DNA from: the human T2T-CHM13v2.0 reference genome, Homo sapiens
Strand: one strand, 5' to 3'
Assembly: GCF_009914755.1 (NCBI RefSeq)
Contig: NC_060928.1
DNA: 64,000 nucleotides
This document shows, piece by piece, positions 14,431-27,317 of this stretch; positions within the stretch are counted from its first letter, which is position 1, and each line of letters opens with the position of its first letter. The translations under genes and the position numbers were made by a program. The notes beneath the pieces were generated by a model. It saw nothing but the letters and a program-made list of their open reading frames with translations. It was not told the DNA's origin and ran no database searches.

Positions 14431-15069
14431 TTTGGTTAAACCCACTCATTTTCTTTGGCAGAGAAAATAAGAAGTAGAAAAACCAAGTGCTTTGTCCAAT
14501 CACAGAGTGAGGCAGGGGAAAACTCAGGACTGGAACCTCTAAAAATCCAAGCTGTTATAAAAAATCATTTCATTTTTCAAATGCAAATAATAGCTACTGT
14601 GTTTAATATACACATTCAGCTCTGATATTCAAATGCATTAATAAACATTGCATATCCTTTTTCTTTCAGTTTGTTTGAAGGCTTAGTGTAGAAACAACTT
14701 CTGTTACATCGAAGATCAAAACATCAGGTTTTGGAACATTTGCGTGCTCATTAGAGTTAGTGTCAAATGTATCTCCCTGGCTCACACTTACCTGCCATTG
14801 AAGGGAAAACATCTTATCGACTATTTATGGAAGACCCCGGGGCTTCCTCTTGAGAGATCTTGAACATGTAATTTTCACCACTGCATGGCAACTGCCACAT
14901 TTCCTCCACCTCTGCCTCTGCTCCCAAACAACCCTTTACTAGTCACTGGTATTAACACTGCTGTGGATTTTACCCTCCAAAGTCATGATTCTTAAATTGG
15001 CTCCCTTCATTTTATTTCTAGCTAGTGCCTTGCTACCCTCATAGCACACTACCGGAAAGGGGAGAAGCA

Positions 15070-15222
15070 TTTTTTTAGTTTATTATTTGTATTTATTATT
15101 ATTTTTTTTACCCAGAGTCTCCATCTGTTGCCCAGGCTGGTTGCAAACTTCTGTGCTCAAGTGATCTTTCTCTTCGGCCTCCCAAAGTGTTGGGATTATA
15201 GGCGTGAGTCACTAACCAGGCC
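15070..15222 (-). mobile_element. FLAM_C / free left Alu monomer
   Basis: Single monomer gttgcccaggctgg...ctcaagtgatc...cccaaagtgttgggattataggcgtgag; agaagc on both flanks. Confidence 0.85.
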
Positions 15223-16282
15223 AAGAAGCCAGTTTTTACTGACGCATTTCCTGTTATGTCATTTTTGTTAGGGTTATCCCAAGGCCGCTTATTTTGCCTT
15301 CCAAAAATTACAGGAGTCTGTGTCTGTGTTGCATATACGTGTATGTGAGTGTTACACCTGTGTGTGCAACAGAGAGACAGAGAGAATCTTTCAACTTTAA
15401 TTTTATAGGCTAAGTGGTTTTCAAAGGATAATTTAATGGCAAGAGAAAATAATAATGTTACAATCTCAAATGTTTATTGAACATTTTTCTCAATAATTTC
15501 TACTTTCATAATTTGAAAAAATGTATTGTCAGTTAATTGTTTAAATAATTTGATAATCTAATTAGTTAACGTATTTCTTAGTCTATTTTAAAGACAGGTT
15601 TTTCAAAGTATAATTTACATTAAGAAAATTTACCTTCTTAAAGTGGACAGTCAGGTGAGTTTTGACAAATGCATGCAGTTGTGTAACTATAATGATAATC
15701 AAGATGTGGAAAAATTTCTTCCCCCAAAATGTTCTCTTGTATAAAAGTATATAAAGTGCAAAAGTCAGTCTACCCCTTATCCTATCTCAATCCTTGGTAA
15801 CTGGTGATGTTCCCTGTTCCTTTGATTTTTGTCCTTCCTAGAATGTCAGATAAATGGACTCGCACAGTATGTAGTCTTTTGTGGATGACATTTTTTCATA
15901 GCATAATGTCTTAGAGATTCATCCACAATGTGGCACATTTGCTCCTTTTTACTGTTGAATAGGTTTCTATTATATAAATATACCATGAATTGCTTATCCA
16001 TTTACCAGGTGGTAAAAATTTGAGTTGTTTCCCATTTTTGGCTATTAATAGCTATTATATACATTTGGATACAAGTCTTTGTATGGATAAGAGTTTTCAT
16101 ATCTTTTGGAGCAGGGTAGCTTGGTTATATGATCAATATGTGATCAACTTATAAGAAATGGCCAAAATGTCTTTCAAAGTGCCTGTACTGTTTCACATTT
16201 TCACCAGCAATTTATGAGAGTTAGAATTGCTCCACATTTTTACCCATATTTGGTACTATCAGTCTTTTTAATTTTAGATATT

Positions 16283-17432
16283 TGTGAGGGCTAATTTTAT
16301 TCATCACCTTGGCTGGGCCATGGTGCCTAGATATTTGGTCAAATAATTTAGATGCTTCTGTGAAGGTGTTTTGTATGAGATCACATTTGATTTGGTGGAC
16401 TTTGAGGAAAGCAGGTTGTCCTCTATAATGTTGGTGGGACTGCTTCCATTAGCCAAAGACATAAATAGAACAAAAGGTTGACCCAACTTCCTCTGAGCAA
16501 GAGGGAATTCTACCGACAGACTGCCTTCAAACGTGGTCTGCAACATCAGCTCTTTGTGGTTTGCCAGTAGACTGTCACTGGATTTAACTATGCTTTCCTG
16601 AATCTCTAGTCTGTTGTTCTCCCCCACCAGATTTTGGACTCACTAAGCCTCCACAATGGCATGAGCCATTTCCTTAAAATAAATCTCTTTATGTAGATGT
16701 CTATCTATCTATCTTCTATCTTTCTAGATATAGATATAGATATAGATACATAGATATCTAGATAGATACATCTAGATACATAGATATAGAGATAGATATC
16801 TAGATAGATATATCTAGATACGTAGATATCTAGGTAGATATATCTAGATGCGTAGATATCTAGGTAGATATATCTAGATGCGTAGATATCTAGGTAGATA
16901 TATCTAGATGCGTAGATATCTAGGTAGATATATCTAGATGCGTAGATATCTAGGTAGATATATCTAGATGCGTAGATATCTAGGTAGATATATCTAGATG
17001 CGTAGATATCTAGGTAGATATATCTAGATGCGTAGATATCTAGGTAGATATATCTAGATGCGTAGATATCTAGGTAGATATATCTAGATGCGTAGATATC
17101 TAGGTAGATATATCTAGATGCGTAGATATCTAGGTAGATATATCTAGATGCGTAGATATCTAGGTAGATATATCTAGATGCGTAGATATCTAGGTAGATA
17201 TATCTAGATGCGTAGATATCTAGGTAGATATATCTAGATGCGTAGATATCTAGGTAGATATATCTAGATGCGTAGATATCTAGGTAGATATATCTAGATG
17301 CGTAGATATCTAGGTAGATATATCTAGATGCGTAGATATCTAGGTAGATATATCTAGATGCGTAGATATCTAGATAGATAGACATAGACATCTTATTGGT
17401 TTGATTTCTCTGAAGAACTCTTATTAACATCA
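16283..17432 (+). mobile_element. MLT2C/D (ERVL) solo LTR containing an expanded minisatellite
   Basis: tgtgagggctaatttt...gatatttggtcaaa; ccttaaaataaatctc [repeat] catcttattggtttgatttctctgaagaac. Confidence 0.85.
16693..17390. repeat. 30 bp minisatellite (cgtagatatctaggtagatatatctagatg): 18 perfect copies at 16821-17360 plus degenerate TAGA/TCTA flanks
   Basis: Counted directly: 540 bp / 30. Confidence 0.98.
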
Positions 17433-17584
17433 TGTTCTAGTGGGTTTATGATGGTATCTCACTGTGGTTTTAATTTGCATTTTTCTGATGACTAATAATG
17501 TTGAATATTTTTAATGTACTTAATGCTGTTTGTGTATCATCTTTTGTGATGTGTCTATTCAAATATTTATCCAGTTATCCAGGT

Positions 17585-17623
17585 TTTTGTTTGTTTTGTT
17601 TTGTTTTGTTTTGTTTTGTTTTG
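17585..17623. repeat. (TTTTG)n microsatellite
   Basis: Seen directly. Confidence 0.9.
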
Positions 17624-19097
17624 GTGAGGGGGCAGGATTGTTTGCCTTCCTATTATTGAGTTGTAAGAATTATTTACATATTCCAGATACAAGTCTTTTA
17701 TATAATATGTGTCTTCCAATATTTTCTCCCTGTGAGTGGCTTGTATTTTCATTTACTTACCAGTGTCTTTAGAAAACCAAGAGTCTTCATAAAATCAAAT
17801 TTATTGATTTTTCTCTTCTGACTCACGTTTTGGGTTCTATTTAAGAAATGTTTTTACGTAACCCAAGTTTGCAAAGAACTTTCCCTGTATCTTCTCCTAG
17901 ATATTTTATAGTTTTAGATCTTACATTTAGATCTGTGATCCACTTGGAGATAATTTTTGTATATACTGTAATGTAAGGGTTGAGATTTATTGTTAGGTAC
18001 ATGATTATTTAATTGTTCCAACAGCATTGTTGAAAAGGCTATCTTTTCCCAAGTGAATTATCTTTTCATTTTTCAAAAGAATCAATTAACTGCGTATTTG
18101 TAGGTTTATTTATGAATTCTCTATTTTATTTCATTGAACTATATTTCTGTATTTGTGTCAATAATACTATAGATTGCAAGTGAATCTCAAAGTAAGGTAG
18201 TGTGAGTCTTCTAACTTTATTCATCTTGTTCACAATTATTTGGGCTATTATAGGTCCTTTGTATTTCCATATATAGTTTATAATCGACTTGCAATTTCTG
18301 CAAAAATATGCTGTGATTTTAATTGGGATTGTGTTGAATCTGTTGATCAATTTGGGGAGAATTGACATCTTAAGAATAGTGAGTCTTTCAATCCATGAGC
18401 ACTGTATTTCTCATCATTTATTTACAATTTATTTAATTTATCTCAGTTATTATTTGTAGATTTTAGTGTACAGATCTTGCACATATTTTGTTAAATCTAT
18501 CCCTGGGTATTCTGTCTTTTAATGCTATTGTAAATGGCATTTTTAAAAAGTTTTTATTTCCAAATGTTTGCTTCTAGATTAGAAAAATATAATCAATTTT
18601 TGAATATTGATTTTCTATTCTGCAACTCTCCCAAACTCAAATATTAATTTTAATAAGTTCAAAATTTCTTAGTATTTTCAATATACATTATATCATTGTC
18701 TACAAGTGACAATAGTTTAATAACAATTATTTAAATATTTAATTAATTCTTTAAGTCTTTCACCATTACGCATAATGTTATGTGTAATTTTTGTGCATAT
18801 GCTCTTTATCATGAAAAGTAAATTCCTCTGCATTCTGAGATCCCTGTGAGTTTTTTCATGATGAATGTTAATTTTTTGTCAACCACTTTTTCTGCATTTA
18901 TTAAGATTATCATATGGTTTTTCTTTTTTTACTTGTTGATGTAATGGATTATATTGACTAATTTTCGAATGTTGAGCCAATCTTACATTCCTATCATAAA
19001 CACAACTTGTTCATGATGTAATGTCTTTTTAATGTATTGTTGGAGTGAATTTGCTTATTTTTTGGTAATGATTTGTGTGTTTATGTTCACAACGTAT

Positions 19098-19428
19098 TGA
19101 TATGGTTTGGCTGTGTCCCCACCCAAATCTCGTCTTGAATTCTAGTTCCCATAATCCCCACATGACACAGGAGGGACCCAGTGGGAGGTAATTGAATCAT
19201 GGGGTAATGGTCTTATAAGGGGAGTGATAGTTTTATAAGGGGCTTCCCTCTTTGCTCAGCTCTCATTCTCTCTCCTGCTGCCCTGTTAAGAAGTGCCTTC
19301 CACCATGATTGTAAGTTTCTTGAGGCCTCCCCAGCCATGTGGAACTGTGAGTTAATTAAACCTTTTTTCTTTACAAATTACCCAGTCTCAGGTGCTTCTT
19401 CATTGCAGTGTGAGAACAGACTAATACA
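19098..19428 (+). mobile_element. THE1D-like MaLR solo LTR
   Basis: tgatatggtttggctgtgtccccacccaaatc...ccatgattgtaagtttc...gactaataca. Confidence 0.9.
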
Positions 19429-19483
19429 GATATGCTGATCTGTAGGCTTTTTTCTTGTATTTTACCTGCTTTTGATATTTGGG

Positions 19484-19863
19484 TGTTAATCAAGTTTAGC
19501 CTAAAGTTGCCTCCTTACATATTTAACTTCAGCCTAAAGGTTTTTCTGTACATCGTGAACTGTAACAAGTGGAGGTGTAAAACAACTGTAGCCCACACCT
19601 GTGCCAACCACTGAGTTCTGGCCAATCAAATGTAACCGACTCTTTGAACCATGTTCAAATAAGGCAAACACCTAGCTGTAACCAATTCAGTTGTTTCTGT
19701 ATCTCACTTCGGATTTCTGTATGTCATTTCCCTTTTTTTTGTCTATAAAGAGCTAGAGTCTCTCTGAATCTGCCATGATTCTGGGGGCTACCACATTCGT
19801 GGATCATTCATTCCTCAATTAAACTCCCTTAAATTTAATTTGGCCGAAGTTTTTCTTTTAACA
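19484..19863 (+). mobile_element. MER57A/B (ERV1) solo LTR
   Basis: tgttaatcaagtttagcctaaagttgcctccttacat...tttttcttttaaca; perfect 4 bp TSD tggg. Confidence 0.9.
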
Positions 19864-21009
19864 TGGGTAATATTAACTTTTTTAAAGTGAGTCGTCAAGT
19901 GTTTCACTCCTTCAATTTTCAGGAAACTATTTGGTAGATTTCACCAGTGAAGCCATGTAGGCTTAAAGATTCTCATGCCATCCCATTTATGTGTGTGTTA
20001 GTACAAAAGCTGTTAATTATACATGTACTTTCTGTAATAGATAAAGGAATATTCATGTTATCTATTTCTTCTTGAATGAACTTTGGTCATTTGTATCTTT
20101 CAAGGGATTTTTCCATCACATCTAAGTTGTAGAATAAGCAAACAGTTGTCATAGTACTCCTTTATTATCTTATTAATAGCTGTAGGATCAGTAGTGACGT
20201 TTTTTATTTTATTCCTGAACTTGGTAATTACATTCTCTCTCTTTTAAAAACAATTATTTATTTATTTAGCTAGAGGTTTATTAATTGCATTAAACTTTTC
20301 AGAAACAGCTTTCAGTTTTATTGATTTTTCTGTTTTTCTCTTTTGTATATAATTCATATATTCTTTTATCTATATTATTTCTTTCCTTCCTCTTTTTTAA
20401 GTTTAACTTGTTTTATCTTTTTCTAGTTTCTTAAGGTAGAAAATTACAGCATTGATTAGAAAATTTTCTTTTTTCATAATATTAATTTTTCATGCATTCA
20501 GTTCCTTTTGAGCACTGCTTTAGCTGCATTTCTACAAAATTTGATGTGTTACATTTTCATTTTCAATCAGTTCAAAATATATTCTAATTTCCAATGTGAT
20601 TTTTCATTGACCTTTGTGTTATTAGAAGTGTCTTGTTTCATTTTCAACTATTTGGAGATTTTCCTTGTATTTTTCTGTTATTGATTTTTTAGTTAATTGC
20701 TTGTGGTCAGAGAATACATTTTGTATTATTCCAGTGCATTTATATTTATTTAGATTTGTTTCATTTTTCAGAATATGGTCTATCCTGAGAAATGTCTATT
20801 TGCACTTTAAAAAAATGTGTATTCTGTTGTTGAGAGGCATGTTCTATAAATGTCAGTTAGTTCAAGTTATTTAGTAGTAGTTTCATGTCTTTTATATCTT
20901 CACTGATTCTCTACTTTTAGGTCTATTTGGTTTGCTTTATGTATAATAAGTGCTAAATTCATCCAATTATTCTGTAATAACTCTAAGTAATAACTCTTAG
21001 CATCAGACC

Positions 21010-21140
21010 ACTATTGGTAAGTGCTATTATTGTCTCCCCTTGGATGGTGAGAAAACATGTGAAAATATTTAATTACTTGCCAAATGACATACAACTCATA
21101 TGTGGGCTAGCTGGAATTTGGACCTAGGCATTCTGGAATT
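21010..21140 (-). mobile_element. MIR fragment
   Basis: ctattattgtctcccc...gagaaaac...ttacttgccaaatgacatacaact...ggaatttggacctaggca. Confidence 0.6.
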
Positions 21141-21179
21141 TATACATGGTAAAATACTAATTGAAATTAGAATGCTAAG

Positions 21180-23470
21180 TGATATGGTTTGGCTGTGTCC
21201 ACACAAATCTCATCTTGAATTCCCACATATTATGGGAGGGACCCCATGGGAGGTGATTGAATTACGGGGGTGGGTCTTTCCTGTACTGTTCTTGTGATAG
21301 TGAATGAGACTCAGATGATCTGATGGTTTAAAAAAAAAAGGAGTTTCTCTTCACAGAACTCTCTTTTGGCCTGCTGCCATTCACGTTAGATGTGACTTGC
21401 TCCTCCTTGCCTCCTGCCATGATTGTGAGGCCTCCCAAGCCATGTGGAACTGTAAGTCCAACTAAACCTCTTTCTTTTGTAAATTGCCCAGTCTCAAGTA
21501 GGTCTTTATCACCAGTGTGAAAATGGACTATTACAATAAATTGGTACCGGGAATTAGTGGGGAGTTGCTGAAAAGATACCTGAAAATGTGGAAGCAACTT
21601 CGGAACTAGGTAACAGGCAGAGGTTGGAACAGTTTAGAGGCCTCAGAAGAAAGGAAAATGTGGGAAAGTTTGGAACTTCCTAGAGACTTGTTGAATGGCT
21701 TTGCCCAAAATTCTGATAGAGACATGAACAATAAGGTCCAGGCTGAGGTGGTCTCAGACAGAGATAAGAAACTTGTTGGGAACTGGAGCAAAGGTGACTC
21801 TTGTTATGTTTTAGCAATGAGACTGGTGGCATTTTGCTCCTGCCCTAGAGATTTGTGGAACTTTGAACTTGAGAGGAATGATTTAGGATATCTGGCAGAA
21901 GAAATTTCTAAGCAGCAAAGCATTCAAGAGGTGATTTCAGTGCTGTTAAAGGCATTCAGTTTTATAAGAGAAGCAGAGCATAAAAGTTCAGAAAATTTGC
22001 AGCTTGATAATGAGATAAAAAAGAAAATCCCATTTTCTGAGGAGAAATGCAAGCCAGCTGCAGAAATTTGCATAACTAATGAAGAGCTGAATATTAATCC
22101 CAAAACAATGAGGCAAATGTCTCCAGGGCATGTCAGAGATCTTCACAGCAGCCCCTTCCATTACAGGCACGGAGGTCTAGGAGGAAAAAGTGGTTTTGTG
22201 TGCTGGACCATGGGTCCCCATGCTGTGTATAGTCTAGGTACTTGGTGCCCTGCATCCCAGCCACTCCAGCTGTGACTAAAAGGGGCCAAGATATAACTCA
22301 GGCTGCTGCTTCAGAGGGTGGAAGCCCCAAGCCTTGGCAGCTTCCACATGGTGTTGAGCCTGCAGGTGCACAGAAGTCAAGAATTGAGGTTTGGGAACCT
22401 CTGCCTAGATTTCAGAGGATGTATGGAGACACCTGGATTCCCAGGCAGAAGTTTGCTGCAGAGGTGGAACTCTCATGGAGAAGCCCTGCTAGAGCAGTGC
22501 AGAAGGGAAATGTGGGGTCAGAGCCCCCACACAGAGTCCCTACTGGGGCACCACCTAGTGGAGCTGTAAGAAGAGGGCCACCATCCTCCAGAACCCAGAA
22601 TGGTATATCTGCTGACAGCTTGCACTGTGCACCTGGAAAAGCCTCAGACACAATGCCAGTCCATGAAAGCAGCTGGGAGGGAGGCTGTACCCTGCAAAGC
22701 CACAGCGGCAGAGCTGCCCAAGACTATGAGAACCTACCTCTTGCATCAGTGTGACCTGGATGTGAGACATGGAGTCAAAGGAGATAATTTTGGAGCTTTA
22801 AGATTTGACTGCCACACTGGATTTCAGACTTGCATTGGGCTTGCAGCCCCTTTGTTTTGGCCAATTTCTCCCATTTGGAATGGCTGTATTTACCCAATAC
22901 CTGTACCCCCATTGTATCTAAGAAGTAACTAGCTTGCTTTTGATTTTACAGGCTCATAGGCGAAGAGATTTGTCTTGTCTTGGATGAGACTTTAGACTGT
23001 GGACTTTTGAGTTAATGCTGAAATGAGTTAAGACTTTGGGGGACTGTTGGGAATGCATGATTGGTTTTGAAATGTGAGGTCATGAGATCTGGGAGAACCC
23101 AAGGGCCGAATGATACGGCTTGGCTGTGTCTCCATCCAAATCTCATCTTGAACTCCCACCTGTTGTGGGAGAGACCTGGTGGGACATGACTGAATTATGG
23201 GGGCGGGTCTTTCCTGCACTGTTCTTGTAATTGGGAATGAGTCTCACAAGCTCTGATGGATTTTTTTTTAGATGGGAGTTTACCTGCACAAAACTCTTTT
23301 TTTGCCTGCTACCATCCACGTTAGATATGACTTGCTCCTCCTTGCCTTCCATCATGATTGTGAGGCCTGCCCAGACATGTGGAACTGTAAGTCCAATTAA
23401 ACCTCTTTCTTTTCTAAATTGCCCAGTGTTGGGTATGTCTTTATCAGCAGTATGAAAATGGACTAATACA
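21180..23470 (+). mobile_element. Full-length THE1A MaLR provirus (5' LTR 21180-21535, internal 21536-23110, 3' LTR 23111-23470)
   Basis: Two LTRs, THE1-int ORF remnants (MWESLELPRDLLNGFAQN...), perfect 5 bp TSD ctaag at 21175-21179 and 23471-23475. Confidence 0.97.
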
Positions 23471-23594
23471 CTAAGTGACTACATTTATTATTTACAAGAG
23501 AATGAGATAGAGCTGGGAAGCCAATAGTGGATATCACTGTGTGGCAGATTTTGGGTGATTTATTTCTTCTTCCCACAGTTTTTCATTTTAAAAG

Positions 23595-24128
23595 TGTGCT
23601 TCTTAATTTTAGGTGTCACTTTGAATGGATTAAGGGTTGTCTAGAGAACTGGTAAAAGATTACTTCTGGGTGTGTCTGTGAGGGTGTTTCTGAAGGAGAC
23701 TGGCTTGTGAGTCAGTTAACTGAGTCAGGAAAATCCACCCTCAATACTGGTAGGCACTGTCCAATCAGCTGGGGGCCTGGATAGAACAAAAGGCAATTTC
23801 CTCTCTCTGGGACCTGGGATATACTTATCTTCTCTTGCCGTTGGACATCAGAACTCTAGGCTCTCCAGCTTTTGGACTCCAAGACCTACACCAGCAGCCT
23901 CTGGCTTTCTCAGGCTTTTGGCCTCAGAGTGGGTGTTATACAATCAGTTTCCCTGGTTCTGAGGCTTTTGAACTTGGACTGAGCTGTGCTACTGGCTTTC
24001 CTGGGTCCTCAGATTGCAGAGGGCCTATTGTGAAACTTCTCAACTTTCCAAATAAACCTTTTCTCATTTTTCATTTATCCATCGATTTCATATTGGTTCT
24101 GTCTCACTAGAGAACCCTGACTAATACA
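23595..24128 (+). mobile_element. MLT2B (ERVL) solo LTR
   Basis: ttaattttaggtgtcac...tgtctgtgagggtgtttc...ggacatcagaactc...gagaaccctgactaataca. Confidence 0.85.
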
Positions 24129-24249
24129 GTAAGCTTTCTACAATGCCTGTATAAATTTGTTATAGAAAGAAAAAAATTAAATTATTATTTTATTTGCTTG
24201 TAGTTAGTAGAATAATGAAAAAGAAGGCAAGTCATTCAACACATGCATT

Positions 24250-24460
24250 TTTAGTAAATAACTGTTGTGTTTATCTGCCCAATAATTTGCCATAATCTAT
24301 TTAACCACACTTTCAATTTTATTTTTAGAATGCATCCAAATTTGTTATAAATAATGCTGTGCAAAATAGTATTGCATATAATATTTGACTATATTTCTTA
24401 TTATCTCTTTAGCATAAATTCCTAGAAGTGTATTACTGGCTCAATTGTACAAACAGGTCT
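24250..24460 (-). mobile_element. L1M fragment
   Basis: ataaataatgctgtg...ataaattcctagaagtgtattactggctca. Confidence 0.55.
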
Positions 24461-25691
24461 ATTTATTTTTAGTTTGTTTGCTTGGCCTTTAGACTGTTTT
24501 ACATAAAACTTATGTTTCTGTTGAAAAGGAATCCTGTCAAACAAGTTAAGGATTATATTTAGTTTTTTAGGAAGTACTTTATTGAGCCACAGTAGAAGAG
24601 AGATACACAGAATAATTTGCTATCTCAAATATAATAATTACATAGTTTTCATAGTTTAAGCTAATACACGTATACAAGGTAGGAAAGGAGAAAAAAATAA
24701 AAGAGATTCTAAGATTTCTTTATCTCTTAAACATTTAACTAATAGCTGTGTTTGAGAATGTCATTTTATACAATCACCTAAAATATTTTTTTACAACACA
24801 TGACATTCACACTGACATAGAATTAGATGAAATTATTTTTAAAGTAGATTTTAAAAATGACTAGTGATCACTCTTATCGTTTAGATTCTTAACAGCAGGT
24901 TGACAAGAGGGCTAAGAAACAAGAGGTACAGCACTACTTAGCCTATGCAAACAAGATCCTCTGCTGACAAGGTGTTCAAAATAGTCAAGTCAGAATCATA
25001 CATTGTATTGCCTTTGAATTAACACTGTGTTCCTGGGATTTCTTCAGATTTTTCCTTAATGTATATAGATTTATTTCTTAAAAAGACACTCATATTTCTA
25101 ATTTCATATTTATTCTTCTTAGTAAGGAGCATTATATTATCCCGTTTGTTAAAGGGTAGTTGAAGAATTAGCAAAAAACGATTTTCTAATTGTACTATTA
25201 CCAAAACCAAAGCAGTCAAATTTGGCTGTATATTCTTCTACCTTCCTCCTTCTATTCACTACCTGCCCTCTGCTCTTCAGTAGCTGAAATTTGTTTGTTT
25301 TTCACATGACATTTATCTGCATTTGTGAATCTGATGCTACAAGTGAGAAATTTTAAACGTCTATTTTATTTTGTTCATTACAGGTTATTCTTATGATGAA
25401 AGATAATGAATCAAAAAAATTCTTTTCATTTAGATTTTTCAGATAATATTGTGAAATATCACCATTGCCTCGATACTTTCGCAGGTTCATTATTGAGGCT
25501 AATTCAGTCAAATGTATCATATAAATTGATGTTCTTGTTTAGGACATTGTGGTGAATAAGCTAGTTGTTGGACCATGGCTATTTTAACGAGAAAATCACA
25601 ACCTTTTTAATACCAAAACTTACTACTGAGGTTTTAATTTTGTTCAACTTTTGTTCAATGCATGTTGGCTGATACAGAAATATATACACAC

Positions 25692-26046
25692 TGATATGGT
25701 TTGTCTGTGTCCCCACCCAAATCTCAACTTGAATTTTATCTCCAAGAATTCCCATTTATTTTGAGAGGGACCCAGGGAGGGAGGGAGTTGAATCACGGGG
25801 GCTGGTCTTTCCTGTGTTATTCTTGTGATAGTGAATAAGTCTCACAAGATCTGATAGGCTTATCAGCGGTTTCTGCTTTTGCTTCTTCTCATTTTCTCTT
25901 GCTGCTGCCATGTAAGAAGTGCCTTTCACCTCCCACCATGATTCTGAGGCTTCCCAGCCATGTGGAATTGTAAGTGCCAATTAAACCTCTTTTTCTTCCC
26001 CGTCCTGGGTATGTCTTTATCAGCAGCATGAAAATGGACTAATACA
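25692..26046 (+). mobile_element. THE1B solo LTR
   Basis: ttatcagcggtttctgcttttgcttcttc diagnostic block; perfect TSD cacac. Confidence 0.95.
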
Positions 26047-26650
26047 CACACATATACACACATTTGAAGATAAACATATATGTAGAAATATGAAGATGCA
26101 TAGATAGATGTGTATATAAAAATACAAGAATTCAGAAACCACCACATACATTTAATGCATTTATCTATCTATTTCTATGCCCATTTATTTGTGTATATGA
26201 GTGTATCTTGATGTACATATAATCATCAAACCGGAACTTGAAATATATACACACATACACCCATATACATACCCATATATAAATATAAATAAAATTGTTT
26301 CTGACTTCTTGTATGCCTGAGAATGTATTTTTCTTTGCTTTCAAGCAGAAAGAAAACATGGTAGAAAAAGCTAAGAAAAATCCTTCTCCTGCCCAGTAGA
26401 TGTTGCCACACTGCCCCCACACTTTCAGTGTTTCAGATAAGAAGCTGAGATTAATTTCTTTTAGAATAACTAAATTTGGTTTTTGAAACTATATAAGCAG
26501 TTTCCTTTTTCCTGGTTTTGTCTTTGTAGGACATTGTTTTTTATGGTTATAATACCAAATTCTTCTAGGCTCTAATATAAAAATTTTGCCAGGATAAATA
26601 TTCTTATTCTTTCACTTTTTTGTTGAAAACTTGATAAGACTGTCAACCTT

Positions 26651-27192
26651 GTATTACTTTTCTATTGCTGTATAGCAAATTATAAACTTAGCAGCTTAAA
26701 GCAACACACAATTATTTGCCCACAGCCTCTGTGGTCCAGGAGTCGAGGCATAGCTTGACTGGGTCCTACCTTAGGGTCTCCACAAAGGATAGGGACCTGG
26801 CTGCATTCTCCTCTGGATGCTTGCCTAGGGAGGAATCTGCTTCCAAGCTCATTTGGATTGTGGGCAGAATTCATTTTCTTGCAGCTGTATGCCTGTGTTT
26901 TGCTGCCTGTTGGCTGGAGGCTGCCCTCAGTTCCTAGAAGATGCCTGACTCCATGGTCCCTCTGGCAATATGGTAAGTTATGTCTTTAAGCCAGCAAGGA
27001 GAATCTCTCTCCATCTGCTAACACAGGGCTTTATAATCTGTAATGTAAGCATTGGAGTAGCATCCCATTATCTTTGCCATGTTCTTTTGGTGAGAAGTGA
27101 GTCACAGGTTCTCACCTGTGCCAGCAGGGCATTCCAGGGAAGAGATTTTGGAAGGGTGTATGCATTGGACATCACCTTAGGGCATGTCCACA
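26651..27192 (-). mobile_element. MLT1D/E MaLR solo LTR
   Basis: tgtattacttttctattgctg...cttagcagcttaaagcaacac...gaatctgcttccaagctcatt...gcagaattcattttcttgcagctgta. Confidence 0.8.
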
Positions 27193-27317
27193 TCAAACCC
27201 ACTCTCTTTGAGCTCAGAAAATAATTTTCTTTAAGTCTGATTATTGGTTCTTTTTCAAATACTTCATTTTCTTCCTTGGCAACAGTGGTAATTTGTAGTT
27301 TTCCTAGGCTGGTATTC

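Larger units (their letters stand above)
15590..20960 (-). mobile_element. Old L1M (L1ME/L1MB-type) LINE, 3' UTR and ORF2 remnants, split by MLT2, THE1D and MER57
   Basis: 3' end motifs ttttgacaaatgcatgcagttgtgtaac; ORF 18126-18368 MSILPKLINRFNTIPIK...YIWKYKGPIIA...LTLPYF is homologous to L1 ORF2p. Confidence 0.9.

Noticed and set aside
16705-17433. 242 aa ORF of (YIYLDIYASR)n, and a superficial CRISPR-like look
   Set aside because: The 30 bp unit lacks a stop in one frame, which makes the ORF automatically. There are no unique spacers and no cas genes, and the DNA is primate.
21658-22932. ORFs of 205, 170 and 110 aa
   Set aside because: Frameshifted remnants of the THE1 internal ORF, not a host gene
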